From Eledone cirrhosa (taxonomy: Eukaryota), in the NCBI GenBank assembly GCA_964016885.1, contig OZ024743.1, positions 197,842,001-197,906,000 of the forward strand: a DNA stretch of 64,000 nt, read 5' to 3'. The notes below the pieces were generated by a model. That model searched no databases, was not told where the DNA came from, and was given only the letters and a program-made list of their open reading frames with translations. This document shows, one piece after another, positions 25,000 to 38,675 of this stretch. Position 1 is the first letter of the stretch, and every line of letters starts with the position of its first letter. A program made the position numbers and the translations under genes.

Positions 25000-26880
25000 T
25001 ACCTGGATGCGGTGCTCGAGGTGGAAGGCTTTGGATCCGTGTTCAGGGGCTGGATTGCTGCAATGCACAACAGCAACATCTGCTCAAGGGTCAAGGTGAA
25101 CGGCTACCACTCGGAGTCGTTCCATATCACGCGATCCATCCGACAGGGATGCCCTCTCTCCTCCCTTCTGTACGTACGGACTCTAGAGCCACTACTGCGG
25201 AAGTTGGAGCTATTGCAGGGCATCCCTCTAGAATCGGGACTGCAGAAAGCGGCGTCGGCCTACGCCGACAAGTTACAGTATTGGTGTTGAGCACCTCGCA
25301 AATCAAGGAACTCGGCACCTTACTTAAGAAATACGAAAGGTTCACAGGAGCGAAGCTGAACCGAGACAAGTCCGTCGGTTTGCAACTCGGATCGTGGAGA
25401 GGCAAACCGATGCCTTCCGATGGCGTCGTCGGACGTTGGGCGGAAGGACCGGTGAAGCTGCTCGGGGTCTGGTTTGGTCCGGACCTCCAGCTGGAGAAGA
25501 ACTGTAACGAGGTGACGGCCAAGGTGTTTGCGCTCACCCAGAAGTGGGCCGAGTGAAAACTATCCTTAAAAGGTCGAGCGGAGGTGGTGAACACTTATAT
25601 AGCGTCGGTCATCTACTACCGCTTGACCGTCGTGCTTTGTCCAGCTAAAACGCTCACGAAAATGGAGCACGCGCTCTTCCAATTCCTTTGGAAGAAGCGG
25701 GCTCTTTTGGTGAGAAATCCATCTGCTGACTGCACCCTTCCCACGGAGGGCTGAGGATGCCATGGCTGACGATGCGCAAACACGCGCTCAAGCTGCGGCA
25801 CCTCTACGTATTCCTCACCGGACAACCGGTGTGCGCCCCGTTCGTGAGTCGACATTTCCCACGACTCGTCTCGCTGACCGAGCTGCAGTCCTGGGTCAAG
25901 CAAAGACGGAGGAAAATGGGCGACTAGCACATCGAATTTGCTCAGGCGCTCACAGCCCTCTGGCAGGCGGACCCGGCGATCAGTAGAGACTCCACTTCGT
26001 TATTCTATAGAGGGTTGATCTGCAGCAAGTGCGACGACGCGCTCGGAGAAATTCTAGGCGTAGAGGAAGACGAACTGGCCAGTCTGTTCGGTAGGACCTT
26101 CCGCCCGGGACCGATGGACAACTTCCAAAAGTTTCTGGCTTGGCAGTGCTACCGAGGAGCTCTACCAGTTCGAGACAATCTCTACAGACATGGGCGCCCG
26201 GGCAGGGACCCTTCGAAAAATATCTGTCCGAGATGCGTGCGAGACGAAGAAACCGTCGCGCTCGCATTCATACACTGCCCTAGCGTTACTGACCTGTGGG
26301 GCTATGTAGACCGACTATTGTCGCGGGTGGGACCAATCCGTTTGACCAACCACCGAGTCCATTGTCATGATCAAACCGCCACCCTCCTTCAAAAACGAAG
26401 GAGAGGCGGTTTTCCTTTGTGTGATAGCTATGACGAAAGAGGTTGTATGGTGGACGAGGTTAAAAGGGCTGAGTAAGACACCGTTCTCTCGGGCCAATAA
26501 CTGATTCGTTTTTTCAAGTACCACTTTGGAAGAAGAATCAGGATGGAGAGAGGTGCTCTACGTTAGTAAGTTTTATGAAAGGTGGTCGAAAGTGGTGAGA
26601 ATGGCCCGAGTGAATGGGCCTTCTCTCTATATCAGCCTGTAGGTTGAGGAAAAAGGGGAAGAGAGGAAAGGGGTACAAACTCTTCGTACTCCTGGAGATG
26701 AGGGTTGCACATTTTTTTCGGTGGTATGTGTTACCCATATGAAATGTCTCACCCTATTTGGGAAAATCGATTAACTTTTAAATTGCATTTGTGATAGTAT
26801 TTTACACGTTTTTATTGGTTATATTCTTCCCCCTTGTATTTGTACCCTTCTTCTGAGCCCCTGTGTCTAATAAAGAAACA
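25000..26880 (+). mobile_element. 5'-truncated, degenerate Tx1-like copy B3
   Basis: Starts at YLDAVL in RT, contains RQGCPLS/YAD and the CPRC finger, and has frameshifts and stops. Ends AATAAAGAAACA followed by (TATC)n. Confidence 0.93.
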
Positions 26881-26946
<66 letters not shown>

Positions 26947-28058
26947 AAGCCACATACACTCATACACACACACATATATATAAATATATATATATAAGTA
27001 TATATGTGTTTGTGTGTGTGGAGCCACCGTGTGCTTGTTTATGCATGTATATATATGTTTGTACATGTATTTATGTAAGTGGGTAGTGTGTTTAATCGTA
27101 CTTAAACTACTATGTACATGTGTGTGTAACGATGAGGCTTTTAGTCTCTACTCTGAATGGTGGCACAGAATATTAAGCTGGAGTAACAGGTTTTAAATTA
27201 AACTATATTTAATATTCTTTAATTTAATTTCATACTATATAAATTTTTCTGGAATTTAATCAAATTAGTATGAATATGGCTCATTTAAATATATTCGCAC
27301 AATCTTTGTCGCAAGATGTTCCTGCGATTTCTTTGACGTCAGCACTCAAGCATTAGTTTTAACTTCATAACGAACAGTTTATTTAAATAAAACACAATCT
27401 CGAATGTTGAGAACCACATGATACTAAATGGTTTTCATATCAAAACTTGTAACACTTCTCCAAATATTAATTTCTACTTGTAAACGCTGCACTAATTATT
27501 TGGGTTATAATTCCTATCATCTCACTTTGTTTTTAAACTTCTATGGTTGTAGGGGTGTTCAGGGATATCTTGGGCAAACACCGTACAGTGGAATACATTA
27601 TTTCATGTGGTTGACCCCCACTGATATCCTCCACCTCGGTGGTCCTCTCTGTCAGGGACACGTCGTCGTTGTATCTCCTCTAGGAATTGCGTCTGTTTTG
27701 GTCATTTATTCAAAAGTGAGAAATTCAATAAGGACGTGTCAACATCACTACGCAGTATCGGTGGTACTCTACTTGTAATTCAAATGGTTAGCTTTCAAAA
27801 ACACCGAATCCTTCTGAGAATTACGTTCAGAGTATTCTAAACTTGTCTGTGTTATCCTCACGAAAAAGGGCTTAAAGTTTCGGAGAGAAATCGATACAGA
27901 AAGAAGACACACAAAATATAATACAGACGGTATTACAGTGATATCCGAAGGTGTGAATTATCATTCTGTCTCGAGTTAATGCTCACAATGCTTAATAGGA
28001 TTTATACGGGTCGGCTGAGACTCAGAGGCAGAGGGCAAGTTAGTTGGTGATAGAGGTT

Positions 28059-28159
28059 ATTTGTTCGGACGTCACTTCTTCAACTAAAGTATATTTACAT
28101 GTATACAACTGTGAACCTCAACGTTAAAACCAATATCAATATTCAACACACACACACAC

Positions 28160-28245
<86 letters not shown>

Positions 28246-28346
28246 GTGTGTGTGTGTGTTGAATATTGATATTGGTTTTAACGTTGAGGTTCACAGTTGT
28301 ATAAATGTAAATATACTTTAGTTGAAGAAGTGACGTCCGAACAAAT
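28059..28346. repeat. Inverted repeat (about 90-bp arms) around a (CA)n/(TA)n/(TG)n spacer
   Basis: ATTTGTTCGGACGTCACTTC... is mirrored by ...GAAGTGACGTCCGAACAAAT. Confidence 0.9.
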
Positions 28347-28362
28347 ATCCCCCCCCTCTCTC

Positions 28363-28482
<120 letters not shown>

Positions 28483-28566
28483 CATACATATATACATACA
28501 TACATACATATATACGTACATACATACATATATATATATCAAATGATTCTATGGACATAATTTATA

Positions 28567-28616
<50 letters not shown>

Positions 28617-29381
28617 ATATATATATATAAATATATATATATACATGCGTGTGTTTATGGGTATGGTTTTGTGTATGTGAATACTTTAGTGTGTTTACAA
28701 AGTTTTATATGAATAATGATTAACATAAGGTCTATGCTGTAATTAGTGCGATAAAATATCAAATAAACATTAAGCAAATATATTTTATAAAGAACACCAC
28801 GTTTTAACATCAAAGAATTAAAGCTACAAGAAGAACATGTACAAACATACACTGAATAACACTCAATTCATTAAATTACTAAATATATTAGTTTTATTGG
28901 AAGAGAGAAATAATTTAAAATTTAAACGTTTAACAAAGTAGCAAGGCTATAGTTATTAGTAGGGAACTAATTACTGATTAAGGTTTTATGACTGAATCAG
29001 TAGAAAATCAGATTAAACGGATACATGTGCCAAACAAAGTGTATAATTGATATACACAAATTCTCGTTTTTAATTCTCCATGAAACAATTCTTGTGCATG
29101 AACATACATCTATATATAAACACTTACATACATATATACGTACATATATATATACGTAATTACAAATATACATGCATACATAATTACATATATGCATGTA
29201 CACATACAGACATAGATATATACATACATGCATACACACATGCATGATTACATATATGCATGTAAACATACATATATACATTCATACATGCATACATACA
29301 TAATTACATACATGCGTCTTTATATATATATATGGAGGAAGTTATAGTGCACTTGAAGCATTGTGTAATGAGGTATAAACG

Positions 29382-29822
29382 TATAAACGTTTGAATTTGT
29401 AAAGCCAAACAATGCAGGTATGGACATAGAATAAAAATGCAAATGGAGAAGATATTGTTGACAATTAGTCTTTTACCTTAGATTTATTTAAATGTCCTTA
29501 ATTTTCGAGATAATATCTCTTCTTCGGAGGGAAGTAAAGCGGTTAAACTAGTGTTCTAAATAGCTTGCCAAGTCATGCTGACAGGAAATGGTATAGAGTA
29601 TGATACTCTATACCATTTCCTGTCAGCATGACTTGGCAAGCTATTTAGAACACTGGTTTAACCGCTTTACTTCCCTCCGAAGAAGAGATATTATCTCGAA
29701 AATTAAGGACATTTAAATAAATCTAAGGTAAAAGACTAATTGTCAACAATATCTTCTCCATTTGCATTTTTATTCTATGTCCATACCTGCATTGTTTGGC
29801 TTTACAAATTCAAACGTTTATA
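29382..29822. repeat. Near-perfect 441-bp palindrome
   Basis: Centre GAGTA-TGA-TACTC at 29602. Confidence 0.95.
29674..29708 (+). ncRNA. Hammerhead-like motif with variant core CCGAAGA (mirror copy at 29496-29530)
   Basis: cct CCGAAGA a gagata t tatctc GAAA at TA agg. U4 is replaced by C in both arms. Confidence 0.55.
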
Positions 29823-29912
29823 TATATATATAACAAAGGAATTGTGATAAGGAACCAGATGGACTATAACGCACCATAATACTCTATACTTAGGGTAGTA
29901 GAGTGGGATATA

Positions 29913-30031
29913 GGAAAAAGTAAGACTCCGACGGCAGAGCTTAAGGCGTTTCGACGGCTATTTCTGGACTCTGAGTCCAGAAATAGCCGTCGAAACGGCT
30001 TGAGCTCTGCCGTCGGGGTCTTACCTTTTCC
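29913..30031. repeat. Palindromic copy of a (TA)n-associated dispersed repeat (other copies at about 2590-2730, 35250-35346 and 38979-39160)
   Basis: Centre GGACTC-T-GAGTCC. Shared body CCTATTACCCACTCTACTACCCTAAGTATTGAGTAC. Confidence 0.85.
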
Positions 30032-30074
30032 TATATATATATATATATACACGTACCATTCAAACATACATGTG

Positions 30075-30120
<46 letters not shown>

Positions 30121-30129
30121 ACACACATT

Positions 30130-30164
<35 letters not shown>

Positions 30165-30572
30165 GTATGTGTATATGTGTATGTATGTATATAAATATAT
30201 ATGGTTTATATGTTACTAATTAAGGATTAGTTTGACCGTTATTCATCCGTTTAAAGTACTCCTTACTTTAAAAGAAAGCAGGGAGTAGATATTAGTTACC
30301 ACATGAATGCGTTACACGAGACTGACATGCTATCCAAAGTATTGATTTATCTATCCTCCAACGAACAAATCAAGCTTACATAGTTTCGCTTTCTCTACGG
30401 AAACTAAATGAATGCAATGCAAATTCAATCATTATCCATCCACATTGTATTTTTGTACAGTTATAAGTTTTGTGTGTGAACGTACATAAATATTCACATA
30501 CAAGCTTACATATATATGTATATATGTCATATGTATGTCTCTATTTTGTCTCTCCCTCTCTCCCTCAACCTC

Positions 30573-30615
<43 letters not shown>

Positions 30616-30719
30616 ATATATATATATGAACAACATTCGATCGACTTTCGTCAAATCGGACCTAGGAAACAATATTTCCATGGGTCTTTCCAATTGCTCT
30701 TACTGACTATCGGTTGCAA

Positions 30720-30847
30720 CTCCAGGTAGAAGGTGCAACCTGAAATAAAGTGTCTTGCCCAAGGACACAACGCATCGCCTGGTCCGGGAATCGAACTCGC
30801 AACCTCACAATTGCGAATACAAGTCTCTAACCACTCAGCCACACGCC
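30720..30847 (-). mobile_element. tRNA-derived SINE, family 2
   Basis: Reverse complement GGCGTGTGGCTGAGTGGTTAGAG...GAGTTCGATTCCC...TGTGTCCTTGGGCAAGACACTT. A second copy lies at about 53950-54140. Confidence 0.8.
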
Positions 30848-30967
30848 TTATATATATACAGTTTCGCATGCTGAGATCAAACCTGTTTCAATATTTATCG
30901 TGTACAATTGCATATTTATTAAGGAAAGTCACTACAGAAATGTATTTTTACAAATATATCGTAGATA

Positions 30968-31062
<95 letters not shown>

Positions 31063-31689
31063 TTACATGTGTGAGCGCGTGTTTGCCTGTTTACGTTTGT
31101 GTGTCTATATTTATGTCTTATAATACAGCGATTCGACAAAATAAGGTCGATAAAATAAGTACCAGACTTGAAAAAATGTAATTAGTTCGATATTGTCGAT
31201 TTTAAGGTGGTGCTCCATTATGGCCGCAGTCAAATGACTGAAACCAAGAGAAGATTAAAAGAACAAAATAATATATTTTAGACATCACAAGTTAGATAAG
31301 ATTTGGAATTAAAACAGTGTGTGTCTGTGATATGAATTAAGAATACAATTGAAAATATATCTATTTATCGTCATATCAGCTAGATGTCTTTTAAGAAGTT
31401 TACTATGGGTGGTGAATACCTGGTTCTAACCTAAATGTTAGTTACAATGAGGTAGACAAATTTTAGAGAAATTAAACACATCTTTTCTAAGAATGCATAG
31501 GCAAGTGATAAAGATGTTAATATAGCCTTCGTTATCACTGTTGGTATTGTTAGTGTTATGGTGATGTTGTTATCAGAGTTAGTGTTGTTGTTGTTGACTG
31601 TTATCTCACTGCAATTGTGTCATGATAAATTTCAGTTCTGGGAGTAAAATACGAATGCATTTTGCAGTTAATGTGGTGTGGTAAATACA

Positions 31690-32020
31690 TATATAAATAT
31701 ACGCCAGATCCGAACACAATGGAAGGAAACTCCCACTGTCATTGCTTTTGTCTCTCCCACTTTCCCCATCTCTCACTATTATGTGTAAATGGGGGCCCAC
31801 ACGCTGGCCGCCTCGCGGCCCCGGCAGAGAGAATAGAGAAGGAGTTTTCACGAAGGATGGTGAAGGAGACGCGCTGGAAAAGCCATTCCAACTTGCGAGG
31901 CTCACACCTGCGGTTAGCAAACTCTGTGCCGATAGTGGTGAGTAGGAGGGTGGTGCTTGGGCCAAGTACAGCAGAAGTCTCCACTGCTACGGGCTTGACT
32001 GTGAACCTGTCGGAGAAAGA
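31690..32020 (-). mobile_element. CRE-like retrotransposon 3' fragment
   Basis: VETSAVLGP...EWLFQRVSFTILREN. Homologous to 7237-7720, including the 3' UTR. Confidence 0.75.
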
Positions 32021-32597
32021 CCTATATAACTATTTGAGTTACGAATTTCACTAGAAAAAGTTTTTGGTAAATTTGAAAAAAAGTAGGTGAATGAAAAATG
32101 AAGATATTGAGGAATTATTGAAAACAAGAAACAGGCAGAAAGTCAACAAATCATAGAAAATATTACTATTCAATAAATGATAAAGTCTAAAATTCAAAAC
32201 AAGGAGTAAAAAAACAGAAAACTGGTCCCACAAAATAAGCAAGCAAGAATTATTCATTGAACAAATACATTTTTGATTTATTAATATTCTGCATCTTCTT
32301 AAAAAAGGTTGGTCATATACGTTCATACTTACATACAAACATACATACATACCTATATGATGGCTGCCCCCTCGTTATCGACTATGGCCATTGCACAAGA
32401 CCCCACCCCAAAAAAAAGCATAATAACAACAATAATAATAACGACAACAACAACAATAATAATATACATATATATATACACACACGCACACACACAAACA
32501 CACTTATACACACACGATAGCAATTAACAGCGCTGCGATTTATATTCTCTACCACATACCTATATACGTACTAATACACACACATACTTACTTACAT

Positions 32598-32632
<35 letters not shown>

Positions 32633-32916
32633 TAGTATATATATATATACTAATATATACATATGTACATACATAAATACATATATACATGCATACATAC
32701 ATACATACATATAGACAGATAGACGAATATTCATTATACATATATATGTTTGTATGTATTTATTATTCATGTATAATGATATATTCGCAGACACACTCAG
32801 ACACACTTACACGCACGCACACACACATTATCACAACCTCCGCAAAAAAAAGAAATTGTAATTTTCCTTTTCCAACCTCTTCTCTCTCCCACCCTCTCTC
32901 GCTCTCCATCTACCTT

Positions 32917-33002
<86 letters not shown>

Positions 33003-33861
33003 CCTCTCCCTCTTTCTCCCCCTCCCTCCCTTTCATCTCTGTCTGTCTCCCTCTCATGCTCATATCATTATTTCAGTTTAGATACAGTTCAAATTTTGTG
33101 AGCGTCTATTTATATATTTATTTGTTGTTTCATCGTATTTTATTTTCTTCAAATAAATATCTATATCATAGCTAAGTAGATAGTTATAAATGTGCATTAC
33201 ACGTTCTGATACGACTCTAGAAATTATATGACTTGAGAATGGTGTAAATATTTTGTTTACTGCCATCCAATGGAAATAGCGTTGTTGGTAGTGGTGCGGT
33301 GGCCTGCTTTGAAGATTTGAAGAAAGAATTCAAATTCTCCGGGTCAGTGTCGCGTAACGGGCAGTTACACACACATATATGCACATAGACACACACACAT
33401 ACACACTCATTGACAGTCACACACACACTCACACACAGGCAGACACACACTCACGCATACTCACTGACAGACTGACACACACATAGACACAGATGCATAG
33501 ACACACAAACTCACAGACACACAGACAAACACACACTCAACGACAGTCACACACACACTCACACACACACACGCACACACAACGACAGTCACACACATAC
33601 TCACACACACACACACACACAGACACATTCACACACATGTATGTATGTATCGATGGATAAGTGTAGAAATGCGGGGTGTGAATATGGATCTGCGCATGCG
33701 TGGGCGTGCGTGTATGTATGTATATTTTCACATATATAATGTCTGTGTTCATGGAACAAAAATACATTTCAAACGCATTGGACACAAAAGGCAGATACAA
33801 CCACATTATACTGAACAGACAGGCTCGTATTTATTTGTATGTGTGTAGGTGTGGATGTGTA

Positions 33862-33897
<36 letters not shown>

Positions 33898-34197
33898 GGT
33901 GTGTGTGTGTGTGTGTGTATCTGTGTGTGTGTGTGTGTGTATCTGTGTGTGTGTGGGGGGGGGTGAGGGTGGGTGTATTTGTGTGTGTGTGTGGGGTGTG
34001 TGTGTGTGTATCTGTGTGTGTGTTGTGTGGGTGTGGGTGTGGGTGTATGTGTGTGTGTGGGGGTGGGGTGTATCTGTGTGTGTGTGTGTGTGGGTGTGTG
34101 TGTGTATCTGTGTGTGTGTGTGTGTGTGTGTATCTGTGTGTGTGTGTGTGCGGGTGTGTGTGGGTGTATATGTCTGTGTGTGTGTGTGTGTGGGGTA

Positions 34198-34231
<34 letters not shown>

Positions 34232-34270
34232 TGTGTGTGTGTATATGTCTGTGTGTGTGTGTGTGTGGGG

Positions 34271-34336
<66 letters not shown>

Positions 34337-34463
34337 TGTGTGTGTGTGACTGTGTATACTGGTGCGTGCCTTTTACAGTGGAGGACAGATACTGACGCTG
34401 AATGTTTGAGACGACTATCATCCTAAAAGATGTAGAAAATCGAACGCTCACACACACACACAG

Positions 34464-34520
<57 letters not shown>

Positions 34521-34928
34521 TATATACACACACACAGACACACACACATATATATATATATTAATTTTATCATAGCTAAATAGTGAGTCTTGTTTCTCTG
34601 GAGTTTCGCCTGTTGACAAGATGTCTGACGACCCTGTCATAAATAGGCAAAACTTCAGACATAACAAAACTCATTATTTATCCTTAATTAAATGAATATT
34701 ACAACTCTATTTCAGTATTGAGTGCTCTTTTCTTTCAGCCGTCACCACACACGGATACACATATATATATATATATACGATATATACATTTATATATATA
34801 TATATATATACATTTATATATATATATATATATATATGTAGGAGGTGAGTTTTATTGTAGTACAATAAAGCAATGCAGATATCGGATAAGAAGCACTCTA
34901 TGGAACTCCTTTAACCATCTTTTGATCT

Positions 34929-34981
<53 letters not shown>

Positions 34982-35049
34982 CAGGGTTTAGCAAATAAGA
35001 TAAAGTTTCAAAATAATTTTTAAAAAATTAACTGTACTTACTATGGTTA

Positions 35050-35122
35050 CCTTTACCGAGTCGGTTTCGATTCTCAAGAGTCCATACGGCCTTCGTTGCA
35101 AAGAAAGAATCTCGTCAGAAGG
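35050..35122 (-). ncRNA. Type I hammerhead ribozyme
   Basis: Reverse complement: cctt CTGACGA gattc...gaatc GAAA ccga c tcgg TA aagg. Canonical core, GUA site. Confidence 0.88.
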
Positions 35123-35199
35123 ATCTTTTCATTCGGAGAATATAACATTTTCGAATTCAAATTACGAACTGGCGCTATTCAAAATTGTTCCCGAGATGA

Positions 35200-35253
<54 letters not shown>

Positions 35254-35351
35254 TATACTCGTTCCTATTACCCACTCTACTACCCTAAGTATTGAGTACT
35301 TTGGTGCGTTATGGTCCACTTGGTTCCTTACCACATTTTCTTCGTTATATA

Positions 35352-35389
<38 letters not shown>

Positions 35390-35787
35390 AATATTAATAC
35401 AATGAAATTAAACACAAAACTGTTAATTCATAGCAAAACTCATTATTTTACGATCGTTTCTGGGTGTGTGTTTGTGTGTGTGTGTGTGTGGGGGGGGGTT
35501 AGTTCCCTGTATGTTCATTCAATTATTGATCTATGTAAAACATATTACAAAATATCATAGTAAGAAAAAGATACATACGTCTTCACTACCCGCCGTCTTC
35601 AGAAATAATTATTTCTAAAGAAGGCAGGTAGTGAAGACGTATGAACTAAATTTATTATGTGTTACAATTGTTTCGCCGGCATGCAGCTCGAGACGTGATC
35701 ATTGTGTGGATCTGTTTGATTCTGGATCCGCAGGTTCGACGGTCATGCCTAATGATTTCGGACCATATTCTCTCAGAAACAATTGAA

Positions 35788-35818
<31 letters not shown>

Positions 35819-36050
35819 CACACACACACACATATATATATATATGTATGTAAAAGGTAAACAGAAATAACAACACAATCGGTACAGTATATGGAAGGTA
35901 TATATTAGGTTAACGCTTGATATAGCAGGAAGATATATATATATATATATGTTTTGCAAGGTTTTTGATATGAAATCGTGTGTCGAAACAAATATTGTGT
36001 TACTTCGGGAGTGTCATATTGTTGTAATAATATTGCCAGAAATAATAACA

Positions 36051-36390
36051 GAACACACTCACTGTTTGGTTGGTTTTCGCTTGTGTATCTTTTATATTTC
36101 CATAGTTAATTTATTTGGAAATCAATGTTTATCATTGATTGACTAACGGTTAAAAATACAGATATAAATATATATATATATATATATATAGAGTCTATCA
36201 AAGTTCTTTCGTTGCACATCTGCAACATCATCAGTGATACTATTATGTTCCCTCCTATTGTATTGTAATCTCTACGCCATTTTAATTTAATTTATTTATT
36301 TAAATAAAATAAAAATGGCGTAGACATTACAATAGGGAACATAATAGTACCACTGATGATGCTGCAGATGTGCAACGAAAGAACTTTCAT

Positions 36391-36433
<43 letters not shown>

Positions 36434-36544
36434 CTGCATTTTTAACCGTTGGTCAATCAATGATAAATATTGATTGCCAAATAAATTAATTATGTAAATA
36501 TAAAAGATACAGAAGCGAAAACCAGCGAAACAGTGAGTGTGTTC
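36051..36544. repeat. Diverged inverted repeat with one hammerhead per arm
   Basis: GAACACACTCACTGTTT... is mirrored by ...AAACAGTGAGTGTGTTC. Confidence 0.9.
36196..36239 (-). ncRNA. Type I hammerhead ribozyme (mirror copy at 36348-36391, plus strand)
   Basis: Reverse complement: tatca CTGATGA t gttgca gatg tgcaac GAAA gaac TT tgata. Confidence 0.8.
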
Positions 36545-36545
36545 T

Positions 36546-36716
36546 TATCGGTAGCGAGTCGGACGCCATGCTTTCCAGCATAGTTATGTCCAATTACGGT
36601 CTGAGTTCAAATCCCGTCGAGGTTAACTTTGCCTTTCATCCGTACAGGGTCGATAAAATAAAGTTCCTGTAATGCACTGGGTAATTGCTGGCCTTGTGCC
36701 AAATGTAGAATCAATT
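36546..36716 (+). mobile_element. SINE family 1
   Basis: Same B-box and core. Confidence 0.85.
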
Positions 36717-36784
36717 ATTTCTGGCAATATTTTACAACAATATGACCCTCTCCAAGTATAACAATATATATATATGTATATATA

Positions 36785-36829
<45 letters not shown>

Positions 36830-37399
36830 ATATATGTATATGTTACTGCTTGTACATTTATACACACATACATACATCATATTTTAACTCTCCGTTTTAC
36901 CACATTTACTTAGCGCCACCCAGTGTGCTTATCCATTTACTCTCTGGTGGTTAAATCGCCAATGTCACAAGATTTAACCCTACGAGGCATACCTGTTCTT
37001 AAACGTGGTATCATTCTAACAGTTTTTTTTTAAAATTTCAGTCTTTTTTCTTTCTTCTTTTACTCTATTTCGTTGAAGGACTTTACCCGAAACCTCAGAT
37101 TTCATCCGTTTGTTTTCAAATTGTTTTTGTCCACTTATATTCTCTACCAATTGCGTTGTTTTTTTAAATAAAACAGTACCAATAATAATCTTTGCACTGC
37201 GTATAATGAAGAAGAACGTAAATCACAAACAAATATGCCTTACCTTACAGTTTCACCACTTCCCCCATAGTCTGAAAAATGTGAAACTGAAAAACCGCAA
37301 GATTAGAAAGGGAAAGAAATAATACACGCCGTTGTTTCACGTTGAACATCTCTCGCACCGGCCTGTCACGCAGCTTTTATTCCTTCGTATTATTATGTT

Positions 37400-37820
37400 C
37401 TCGGTAGATTGGCAGTATCGGTAGAGGGTCGGACGCCATGCTTTGCAGCATAGAGTTACGGCCCTTTATGATCTGATTTCAAATCCCGCCGATGTTAACT
37501 TTGCCTTTCATCCTTACAGGGTCAATAAAATAAAGTACCAGTCACGCACTGAGGTCGATTCAATCGACTTCCCCCTCCCCCAAAATTGCTGGCCTTATGC
37601 ATATATAGGAAACTATTATTATGTTCTCAGTAGATTGGCAGTATCGGTAGAGGGTCGGACGCCATGCTTTGCAGCATAGAGTTACGCCCCTTTATAGTCT
37701 GAGTTCAAATCTCGCCGAGGTTAACTTTGCCTTTCATCCTTACGGGGTCGATAAAATAAAGTAGCTGTAATGTACTGGGATAATTGCTGGCCTTGTGCCA
37801 AAAGTAGAAACAATTATTAT
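37400..37820 (+). mobile_element. Two tandem SINE family 1 copies
   Basis: Heads at about 37401 and 37628. Confidence 0.85.
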
Positions 37821-38675
37821 ATTCTTTTTCTGTTTTGCAACTCCTTCAATTCAGGGCTCGTTCTTCGGAAAACGGTGAAGTTGATGAATTAGTTTCTACA
37901 TTGTTATTGTTGTTATCTCTGTTGTTTTCGTTGTTGTTGTTTTAATTGTTGCTTGTTTTGTAATAGTTGTGGATCTGGCTTTTGCCGTCTCTGTTGTTGA
38001 ATTTTATTCTTTTATTGTGTTTATAGATTTTCTTTATTGTTGATACAGATGTTGCGCTCGTATTTGTGGGTCTAGATGTTTTGCGATGATGATGATGATG
38101 ATGGTCGTGGTAGTGGTGGTAGTGGTGGTGCTGTTCCTGGTTCTGCTGCTGCTGAATATGTTTGGCTAGTCTACTAGCGTCTCTTCCATTCTTACTTTCT
38201 GGTTGTGTGGGTTTGTATGCATTTACGTGTGATTAAATATATGTTTAACACAAAACGACCAGAATCATCATTTTCTACTTTCTACTTCTTTTTCAAATCC
38301 TTATCCTCCTCCTCGATTCTCCCTCCTCCAGATGTGTTTTAAGATTTTATTTTTCAAAACAAAATTTTGAGAGAAGTTGCCACAAATCAAACCTGAAAAT
38401 ACAAAAACAAGCTAAAAATATAATAAAATTAATCACCTCTTTATTCACCATGCTATCTTGTTAGTAACGCTGAAGACATTAAATTTGACTTAGATACCGA
38501 AATTTGAACGAACGGTATGAATACTTAATAACGTTTGAAATATAAATAAAGGAAATAATAATTAAGAATGATTGTTTCAGTAGAATTAACCAAGATCAAA
38601 ATCTAAATTTTTTATTACTAGAGATAAGATAATAGGCATAAATAAACTAGCTATCACATTATTAAACTACGTATG

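Noticed and set aside
17748-26738. Antisense and alternative-frame ORFs inside the Tx1 copies
   Set aside because: Expected by-products of GC-rich coding sequence, with no recognisable motifs.
30720-30847. tRNA gene
   Set aside because: A and B boxes are present but there is no acceptor stem, and it runs into a SINE body that recurs at about 54000.
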